Source: an uncultured beta proteobacterium (lineage in GTDB: Bacteria; Pseudomonadota; Gammaproteobacteria; Burkholderiales; SG8-39). From it: DNA of 64,000 nucleotides. Under the pieces are notes generated by a model. That model was not told the origin of the DNA and did not search any database. It worked only from the letters and a program-made list of their open reading frames with translations. Location of the stretch: positions 60,361 through 124,360 of the forward strand of contig CAVQQK010000018.1 of assembly GCA_963714925.1 (NCBI GenBank). The letters are read 5' to 3'. Positions 20,731 to 28,386 of this stretch are shown piece after piece; within the stretch, counting starts at the first letter, position 1; each line of letters starts with the position of its first letter. The translations under genes and the position numbers were made by a program.

Positions 20731-22149
20731 TCAGCGCGCCTCCGGCTGCGGCAGAGTGAGAATCGCTTCCAGACCGCCGCTCGGTCGGTTCTTCAATACA
20801 AGATCGCCGCCGTGCGCGTGGGCGATGTTGCGTGCGATGCCCAGGCCGAGCCCGGTTCCGCCGGTCTCACGACTGCGCGAGGACTCGCCCCTGAAGAAAG
20901 GCTCGAACGCGCGTTCGAGCTCTTCATCGGCAATGCCGGGTCCTTCATCCAGCACGCGGATCGTGATCCGTTTCGCTCCTTCCTCGGCCCTGAGCGTCGC
21001 GCGCTTGCCATAGCGGATCGCGTTGTCGACGAGATTGCTGAGGCAGCGGCGCAGCGCCAGCGGCCTGCAGGCGAACGGATGCGCGAGGCGGCCTTCGACC
21101 TCGACCGTGTTTCCCATGTCCTGGTAATCGGTCTGCAGGCTCTCCAGCAGCGCCATGAAGTCCACGCGTTGCACGGGTTCGCTTGCACTCGCGTCGCGCA
21201 TGAAGTCGAGGGTGTGGGCGACCATCGACTCCATTTCCTCGAGGTCCTTCGAGAACTTTGCGCGCAGCGCTTCGTCGTCCAGCAATTCGGTGCGCAGCCG
21301 CAGCCGCGTGATCGGCGTCTTCAAGTCGTGCGACATGGCCGTGAGAATGCGGGTCCGGTCGCTGATGAAGCGCGCCAGTCGCCCCTGCATGGTATTGAAC
21401 GCGCGGGCGGCGCGGCGCGCTTCGATCGGCCCGGTCTCGGGCAGCGGAGGACGATTGATGTCCTCGCCCAGCTGCTCCGCGGCGCTCGCCAGCGTCGAGA
21501 GCGGGCCGGTCACCCAGCGTACTGCCACCAGCGACAGCGCGACGACGGTACCGAGGAGCACGAGCAGCGTCAGGCCGAGGCGCAGCGGCATCTCCGCGGA
21601 CTCGGGGGAAACAAATGAATCGAAGGTCACCACAGCGCCGTCGCGAAGCACCACTTGGACCACGAAAAACGTACTCTCCGAATGCATCGTCTGCATTCCG
21701 CCGCCGGGCATGGGGTGCTGCATCATCGGCATGCGGGGCGGACTTCTCTGCTCTCGTTGCCCGTAGCGCGCCGGGACACCCGCTGCCCTCACCCCCCGAA
21801 CGTGCATGCCCTCGCCGAGGGCGTAGCGCAATACGGTCGCGAACATCGAAAGCCGCATGTCGGCCTCCGGTGACCCACGGTCCGTCGCCATCGGGGGGCG
21901 GTCGAGCGAAATCGCGAGTGGCGGCGCGTTGAAGACCGAGACGATCCTGCGGCGTTCCTCGGGGGAGACCGAATCGAGCAGCTTGCTGACGTCCGCGACG
22001 CGCTGCGCCACCTGCATGCCGCTCGCGCGGTAGAGCAGTTGGTCGCGTTCGCTCAGATTGAGGTAGGCGGTGGCCAGCTGCGCAAAAACCAATCCGCACA
22101 GCAGGATCAGAACGAGGCGTCCGAAAAGACCGCGTGGCAGCAGGCGCAC
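20731..22149 (-). CDS. Two-component sensor histidine kinase (HAMP-HisKA-HATPase; CpxA/RstB-like architecture)
   Basis: Two TM segments flank a periplasmic domain with Met/His-rich PPRMPMMQHPMPGGGMQTMH. H-box MSHDLKTPITRL and G-boxes GTGLGLGIA. Confidence 0.85.
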   Translation of the reverse strand: MRLLPRGLFGRLVLILLCGLVFAQLATAYLNLSERDQLLYRASGMQVAQRVADVSKLLDSVSPEERRRIVSVFNAPPLAISLDRPPMATDRGSPEADMRLSMFATVLRYALGEGMHVRGVRAAGVPARYGQREQRSPPRMPMMQHPMPGGGMQTMHSESTFFVVQVVLRDGAVVTFDSFVSPESAEMPLRLGLTLLVLLGTVVALSLVAVRWVTGPLSTLASAAEQLGEDINRPPLPETGPIEARRAARAFNTMQGRLARFISDRTRILTAMSHDLKTPITRLRLRTELLDDEALRAKFSKDLEEMESMVAHTLDFMRDASASEPVQRVDFMALLESLQTDYQDMGNTVEVEGRLAHPFACRPLALRRCLSNLVDNAIRYGKRATLRAEEGAKRITIRVLDEGPGIADEELERAFEPFFRGESSRSRETGGTGLGLGIARNIAHAHGGDLVLKNRPSGGLEAILTLPQPEAR

Positions 22150-22871
22150 TAGCGCTTCACCTCGACCGGCACGGCGAGCACGTATCCCTCGCCGCGTACG
22201 GTTTTGATGATCTTTGGATCGGTCGGGTCGTCGCTAAGACGATGCCGCAACCGGCTCACCTGATTGTCGATCGAGCGGTCGAACGGCTCGGCTTCGCGGC
22301 CGTGCGTAAGCATCATCAGCTGATCGCGGCTGAGTACGTGGTTGGGGTGGTCGAGGAAAATCCGTAGCATCCGGAACTCCGCGCCGCTAAGCGACATGAC
22401 CACGCCGTCGGGCGAAATCATGTGGCGCGCGACGGTATCGAGGCGCCACCCGGCGAAGGTCATGGTGCGCGCCTCCTCGGCGCGCAGATCCCGCGGCAGG
22501 CTGCGGTGACGCCGCAACACGCTCTTGATGCGGGCGAGCAGTTCGCGCGGGCTGAAGGGCTTGGCGAGATAGTCGTCCGCGCCGATCTCCAGGCCGACAA
22601 TCCGATCGGTCTCCTCTCCCCGTGCGGTGAGCATGATGACCGGCATATCCGAATCGGCGCGAAGTTTGCGGCACAGCGCGAGACCGTCGTCGCCGGGCAG
22701 CATGAGGTCGAGCACGATCAGGTCGATCTTGCTGCGCGACAGCGCCGTCCACATCGCCTTGCCGTCGGCAACGACCGTGGCCTTGCAGCCGCTCTTGCGC
22801 AGGTACTCGCCAAGGAGGCCGCGAATTTCGGCGTCATCGTCGACGACAAGGATGTGATCGATGCTTTCCAT
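22149..22871 (-). CDS. OmpR-family DNA-binding response regulator
   Basis: REC (ILVVDDD...VLDLMLPGDDG...MLTARG...GADDYLAKPF) plus a winged-helix C-terminus (IKTVRGEGYV). Overlaps the kinase start. Confidence 0.9.
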   Translation of the reverse strand: MESIDHILVVDDDAEIRGLLGEYLRKSGCKATVVADGKAMWTALSRSKIDLIVLDLMLPGDDGLALCRKLRADSDMPVIMLTARGEETDRIVGLEIGADDYLAKPFSPRELLARIKSVLRRHRSLPRDLRAEEARTMTFAGWRLDTVARHMISPDGVVMSLSGAEFRMLRIFLDHPNHVLSRDQLMMLTHGREAEPFDRSIDNQVSRLRHRLSDDPTDPKIIKTVRGEGYVLAVPVEVKR

Positions 22872-23074
22872 GGGCGTATCTATATCCGCTGGCCAGGCCG
22901 CCGTGCAACGGATTTGTAGCCTACTGTAACCGGCTCCGTTTCCGATACGCGGGCGTACAAAAACGCGACGCGACGCTTACATCGGCATGGCGTAATGGGA
23001 ACCAACGCGGCAGCGCATCAGACCGACGCGCAGGAGCCGCAGATTTCCAGACTTCACCAAACGGAGATTCGATC

Positions 23075-23692
23075 ATGAGAAACATCACCAAAATCGCATT
23101 GGCCGTCGGCACGGCACTGTCGCTCGGACTGACTGCCACGGGACTGAGTGCACAGCCCTCCGGCATGGGGTGGGGAGGCCACGGCCCGGGTCACGGCATG
23201 CACGGTTACGGCATGGGACCCAACGCTGGCATGGGATACGGCATGCACGGCTACGGCATGGGACCCAGCGCTGGCATGGGTTACGGCATGCACGGCTACG
23301 GTATGGGCTTCGGCGCGGATGCCGAATCGGTAGAAGGCGGTCTGGCAGGTCTGAAGTCGGCGCTGGGAATCACCGCCAAACAGGAGCCCGCGTGGCAGGC
23401 ATTCGTTGAGAGCGTGAAGCAGCGGGAGGAAAGCAGGGCGTCGTGGTTCGCCAAGATGCACGAAGCGCGGGCTGCCGGTTCGCTGCCGGAACTGCTGGCG
23501 CAGCAAGATGAGGTATTCAAGCAGCATCAAGCCGAAAGACAGGCAACGACATCGGCACTGACGGAACTCTATGCCGCACTCTCGCCGGAGCAGAAAACGA
23601 TCGCGGATCGGCGCTTCGGCGGATACGGCCCGCAATACGGTGGGGGATATGGCCGGGGATACGGCGGCGGGCCCGGCGGGCGCAATCGCTAG
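23075..23692 (+). CDS. Periplasmic Spy/CpxP-family-like protein with N-terminal Met/His/Gly repeats and a Gly/Tyr-rich tail
   Basis: Signal peptide, 3 x 15-aa GMHGYGMGP(N/S)AGMGY repeats, and a helical core with LTXXQ-like segments (ITAKQEPAWQAF; LTELYAALSPEQK). Divergent from the RR/HK pair. Confidence 0.65.
   Translation: MRNITKIALAVGTALSLGLTATGLSAQPSGMGWGGHGPGHGMHGYGMGPNAGMGYGMHGYGMGPSAGMGYGMHGYGMGFGADAESVEGGLAGLKSALGITAKQEPAWQAFVESVKQREESRASWFAKMHEARAAGSLPELLAQQDEVFKQHQAERQATTSALTELYAALSPEQKTIADRRFGGYGPQYGGGYGRGYGGGPGGRNR
23195..23329 (+). repeat. 3 x 45-bp in-frame tandem repeat encoding GMHGYGMGPxAGMGY
   Basis: Direct reading of the DNA and protein repeat inside CDS 23075-23692. Confidence 0.85.
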
Positions 23693-23800
23693 CGTGGGGG
23701 AAAGGGCCGGGCGACAAGTCCGGTCCAACCCTTGGAATTCGCCGTTCCAGCCATACCGCACGCGTAATCACAGCGAGCGCGTGCAGGACGGGAGACAAGG

Positions 23801-23890
23801 ATGATGTGGGGATATGGCGAGATCGGCAAGAACGAGTTCGAGGAGAAGCGGCGTGACCTCTCCGCCAGCTGGGCCGGTGGCCGTGGATAG
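23801..23890 (+). CDS. Candidate 29-aa upstream small ORF overlapping the multicopper oxidase start region
   Basis: GGAGA lies 5-6 nt before ATG 23801. High GC3 and no AGA/AGG codons, whereas the overlapping oxidase frame uses 4 AGA/AGG codons here. Its TAG overlaps candidate GTG starts 23877/23883. Confidence 0.25.
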   Translation: MMWGYGEIGKNEFEEKRRDLSASWAGGRG

Positions 23891-25430
23891 GCAACGCAGA
23901 AATTTCCTCGGGGTTGCGGGCGCAACGGCGATGGCAGGCACGCTGCCGTTCCTGCCGTGGTCGCGTATGACAGCGGCTGCGACGACGGACAAGTCCACAC
24001 CCGACGTCGAGATCGAACTCGTGGCGCGGCCCGATGAAGTGCAGCTGCTGCCGGGCCGGCCCACGGCGGTATGGCGCTACGTCGGCCGCGTGCTGAAAGG
24101 TCCCCCAGAGGCGTTGCAGCCGATTCCCGATAGCTACGCGGGCCCGATCTTACGATTCAGGACCGGACAGAAGGTGCGCATCCGATACCTTAATCGGATA
24201 CCGCAACCCAGCATCGTGCACTGGCACGGCTTGCTTGTTCCGGAGCGGATGGACGGCCATCCGCGCGATGTGGTTCCCGCGGGCGGCGAGTACGTCTACG
24301 AGTTCGAAGTCCGCAACCGCGCGGGTACCTACTGGTTTCATCCGCATCCGCACGGATACACGGGAACCCAGGTCTACGGCGGTCTCGCGGGGCTGTTCCT
24401 GGTGAGCGATGACGAAGAGCGTGCGGCGCGGCTGCCGACCGGCGAGCGCGACATTCCCATCGTGCTCGCCGACCGCACCTTCGATACGGCGAACCAGCTG
24501 GTCTATGAGGCCGCAATGGCTCGCGGAATGATGGGTGCCATGATGGGCTTCTTCGGCGAGCGCATACTCGCCAACGGCCGTCCGTCGCTCTCGTTTCCTG
24601 CTGCGACCGGGGCGTATCGCGTGCGACTTCTCAATGGCTCGAACTCGCGCATCTACCGCATTGCGCGATCTGACCGCAAGCCGTTGGTGGCGATCGCCTC
24701 TGACGGCGGTCTGCTCGCCGCGCCGGTCACAAGACCGTTTCTCGTGCTCGGACCAGCCGAAAGGGCCGAACTCTGGGTCGATTTTCACGCCGAGTCGGCC
24801 GGCGGTCGAATTGCCCTGGTCGCCGAGCCGCTCGACTTCGGCGGTCCGGGCATGGGAATGATGGGGCGCGGCATGGGCGGCATGATGGGGCGCGGCATGG
24901 GCGGCGGTGGCGGCCGGCAGTCCGCCGCACCCCATCCGTTTGCGTTGTTTACGGTCGGCCGAGGCGGCGGCCGCCAGGCGCTCCCGGCCCGGCTGGCCGA
25001 GCTCGCGCCACTCGCGGCACCGCAACAAGCGCAGCGGCGGGAATTTGCGATCACCCTGGGTCAAATGCGCTGGGGCATCAACGGTCGCACGTTCGAAATG
25101 GAAGCGGTGGCACCTTACGAGAAGGTCCGGTTCGGCGGCACCGAGGTGTGGGAGTTCAGCAACCGTACGCCCATGATGGCCGTCCCGCATCCGATGCATG
25201 TCCACGCGGTGCAGTTCCGTGTGCTCGAGCGGATCGGCACACCCCCCGGTCTTGATGGACTCCGCGCCGGCTTCCTCGACGCTGGTCTGAAGGACACGGT
25301 GCTGGTGCTGCCCGGCGAGCGCGTGCGGGTGCACCTGAGCTTCAATGCCTTTCACGGGCTCTTTCTTTATCACTGCCACAACCTCGTGCACGAGGATACG
25401 GGGATGATGCGAAACTACCTTGTCACGTGA
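23814..25430 (+). CDS. Tat-exported multicopper oxidase (CopA/CueO-like) with a Met-rich insert
   Basis: Twin-arginine motif DRQRRNFLGVAG. Copper-site motifs HWHG, HPHPHG, HPMHVHAV, YHCHNLVHEDTGMM. Met-rich GGPGMGMMGRGMGGMMGRGMGGG. The true start may be GTG 23853/23877/23883. Confidence 0.85.
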   Translation: MARSARTSSRRSGVTSPPAGPVAVDRQRRNFLGVAGATAMAGTLPFLPWSRMTAAATTDKSTPDVEIELVARPDEVQLLPGRPTAVWRYVGRVLKGPPEALQPIPDSYAGPILRFRTGQKVRIRYLNRIPQPSIVHWHGLLVPERMDGHPRDVVPAGGEYVYEFEVRNRAGTYWFHPHPHGYTGTQVYGGLAGLFLVSDDEERAARLPTGERDIPIVLADRTFDTANQLVYEAAMARGMMGAMMGFFGERILANGRPSLSFPAATGAYRVRLLNGSNSRIYRIARSDRKPLVAIASDGGLLAAPVTRPFLVLGPAERAELWVDFHAESAGGRIALVAEPLDFGGPGMGMMGRGMGGMMGRGMGGGGGRQSAAPHPFALFTVGRGGGRQALPARLAELAPLAAPQQAQRREFAITLGQMRWGINGRTFEMEAVAPYEKVRFGGTEVWEFSNRTPMMAVPHPMHVHAVQFRVLERIGTPPGLDGLRAGFLDAGLKDTVLVLPGERVRVHLSFNAFHGLFLYHCHNLVHEDTGMMRNYLVT

Positions 25431-25612
25431 AGGCGATCGCGCCGACACCCCGCGATCCGGCGTGAGGAGCAGCTGATCCAGCGCTGCACCGCACTTCGCG
25501 CAGAAGTGGTCGCCGGCAGCCACCCGTTACCGCACGCGGTGCAGAAGTCGCCGCCGCCCGTGGTCGCGGCTCGCGGATCCCTGCACGCAACGCGTGGCCG
25601 TTTGCGCGGCGC

Positions 25613-25626
25613 TTGATCGTAATCAG
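25613..25626. promoter_or_regulatory. FNR-type box (9/10), TTGAT-CGTA-ATCAG
   Basis: Located 36-49 bp upstream of the feoB-like start. Confidence 0.4.
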
Positions 25627-25661
25627 CAAGATGTACGGTCTCCGCTGCGAGCATTGCCGGC

Positions 25662-27711
25662 ATGAGACCGGGCACGACCGCCGTCATTCCGCTTCGCACG
25701 CCGCTTTATCGGGGCGAGCGCCGCCTGCGCATCGCGCTGGTCGGTGCGCCCGGCGGCGGCAAACACACCCTGTTTCGCGCCGTCCAGGCCACTTCGGTAC
25801 GCAGCGCCGCGCTGGCTGGGTCACAGCGCAGCTACGAAGAGTGCGCCGTACAAATCGGGCTCGATGAGGCGCGGCTGATCAACCTTCCGAGCCTGCGCTC
25901 ACTGGTAAACCTCGAAGACGACAACCGCGCAACGCTCAAATACCTTCTCTGGGGCGATCAGCCAGCGCCGGTTTCGCGGCACGACCGGGGCGGCGTGCCG
26001 GCTCCGTTCGAGCGGCCCGACGTGATCCTGCAGGTCGTCGATGCAACGGCGCTCGAGCGGCACTTGGAGCTGACGCTGGAACTGATGGCGCTATCGCGCC
26101 CGATCGTGATTGCGCTCAACAAGATGGACGCGGCGCGCCGGAAGGGACTGTACCTCAGCAGCAAGGCGCTCGCCCGCCGACTCGGGGTGCCCGTGATTTC
26201 CACTTCAGCAGCGAGGGGATCCGGTGTTTCGCAGCTGTTCCGCGCGGCGCTCAATGCTGTAGAAAAAGGTGTCGCACCGCTGCCACTCGCCTCGAGCGAG
26301 CATCTGCAGCGCAGTCTGCTGCCGCTGGCCGAGGCATTGGCGCATGCGGACGTTCAGGCCGCCTTCGGCGTGCCGCCGAATTTCCTCGTCACACAGCTGG
26401 CCCAAGGCGATCGCTACTTCTCGGACGAGCTGCACCAGCATTTTCCCGGGCGGGTGGCAGAGATCGAGCGCTTGCGTGCTGCAGCGTCCGTGGCACTGCC
26501 CCGACCGCTGGGCGAGGAATTGCACGCCGAACGCCATCATCGCGCGGCCAGTCTCGCGGAGGCAGCCACGCGCCCTGACCGAGAGGGTGGGGGCAAGGAC
26601 CTGCGCTATTGGCTTGACGAAATGTTCTTGAGTCCGCGCTGGAGCCTCGCCGGAAGCGCAGCCGTGTTCGCCGCGGTCCTTTTCATCGTATTCGATGTGA
26701 GTGCGTGGCTGGACAGCGTCACGGCAGTACGGCTCACGGACTGGGCGGCGAACTGGCAGCCGCAATCCACCGGCGGCGTCATCGGACGCGCGGTGGTGGA
26801 TGGGCTGATCGGGCTGGTCGGTATCGTGGTGCCTTACATGATTCCACTGGTGCTACTGCTGGTGGCGCTCGAACAGTCGGGCGTGATGGCGCGCATTGCG
26901 TTCGCGGTCGATCGCGCATTTCATCGCATCGGACTGCACGGCGCGGTGGCGCTACCGTTCCTGATGGGGCTGGGCTGCAACGTGCCCGCAATCTCGAGCG
27001 TGGCGCCGCGCCACGCGCGGCGGGAGCGGGTGGCGGCGTCGCTGCTCATCATTTCGTGCCATGCTCGGCGCGCTCGGCGATCGTGCTGGCGCTCGCCGGC
27101 AAGTACCTTGGCGGCCTGGCGGTGTTCGGCATTTTCGCGAGCGCACTGGTGGTGATCGCGCTGCTCGGGAAGCTGCTCCGCCAACACGCGCCGGAGGTCG
27201 AGCCCGGCCTGGTGCAGGAAATCCCGCCTATACGCTGCCGGGCGGCGGCGCGTTGCTGCGTGAGACCTGGCTGCGCACGCAGGACATCCTCACCATCGTC
27301 CTGCCTCTGCTGGTCGCGGGCAGCGTGGTGCTGGCGCTGCTCAATCATTTCGGCGCCGACGCACTCATCGATGCGGTGTTGCAGCCCTTGACACAGCTGT
27401 GGCTCGGTCTGCCAGTCGTGCTCGGAGTGCCGATCCTGTTCGGCGTGCTGCGCAAGGAACTTTCCCTGCTGATGCTTTACCAGGCGCTAGGCAGTTTCGA
27501 CATCGACCGCTTCCTCGACCCGATCCAGCTGCTGACCTTGCTGCTGTTCCTCACCTTCTACATGCCGTGCGTCTCGACTTTCGCAGTGATGCTCAAGTCG
27601 GTTGACCGCAGGACGGCGTTCGTGGCGGTGCTGCTGTCCGTCGGCGTGGCACTCACCGTGAGTGGGGTCGCGCGCTTTGCGCTGCTGGGCATCCAGCGGC
27701 TGGCCGCGTAG
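25662..27711 (+). pseudogene. feoB: Divergent FeoB-family GTPase/ferrous-iron permease, two frameshifts in this assembly, no feoA
   Basis: G-domain LVGAPGGGKHTLF / ALNKMD. The permease part continues across three frames (GLGCNVPAISS...FVPCSARSAIVLALAGKYLG...LPGGGALLRETWLRTQDIL). Switches at T-run 27052-27054 and CC 27227-27228. Confidence 0.7.
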
Positions 27712-27783
27712 CCGCCAGGCGGCGACGCACGCTGCGCGGCGGCCGCATGACCGCGTGCCGCGCTGGACTTCGCGCGAACGCTA

Positions 27784-28233
27784 CTACCGTCCGTGGCGGG
27801 CGTAAACCGTGTAGCTGCCATCCGGAAGGACGAGCAGCACGTCGTACGGTTCGCGCGGCGAACCCTCCATTCCCGGGGCGCCGCCCGGCATGCCCGGTAC
27901 CGCCAGCCCGCGCGCTTTCGGGCGCTCGGCAAGAAGTTTCCTGATGTCTTCGGCGGGCACGTGACCTTCGATTGCGTAACCCTCGATCACAGCGGTGTGG
28001 CAGCCACCGAGCGACTGCGGAATGCCGTATTGCGCACGGTAGTCCTCAGGCTTGTTCACATTCTTGGACTTCACACGGAAGCCGTTGTCCCGCAGATGAT
28101 CAACCCACGAGCTGCAGCACCCTCAGGTCGGGCTCTTGTAAACGGTGGCGACGATCGAATCCGTATCTTCGGCCCCGCACCCTAGCAGTAGCAGCGTCGC
28201 TCCCACGATGGCTGCCCTCAGGAACACTCTCAT
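27784..28233 (-). pseudogene. copG: DUF411/CopG-family periplasmic copper-binding lipoprotein interrupted by an in-frame TGA at the first Cys of the CxCC motif (nonsense mutation or selenocysteine candidate)
   Basis: The reverse strand reads MRVFLRAAIVGATLLLLGCGAEDTDSIVATVYKSPT-TGA-GCCSSWVDHLRDNGFRVKSKNV..., continuing into ORF 27784-28074 in the same frame. TGA is at 28123-28125. Confidence 0.6.
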
Positions 28234-28386
28234 AAATCGACTCCTCTACTCCAAAACAACGGTCACTCGATTCCCAATTCAGACGAAGCTAACAGTCCAG
28301 AACGCGCCCGGAACTGACCTATGTCAAACCGAGGCGGCAGCCGTTTCAGTACCGCTCGGCGTTGGAAATATCCGACGCCTGAGCGC

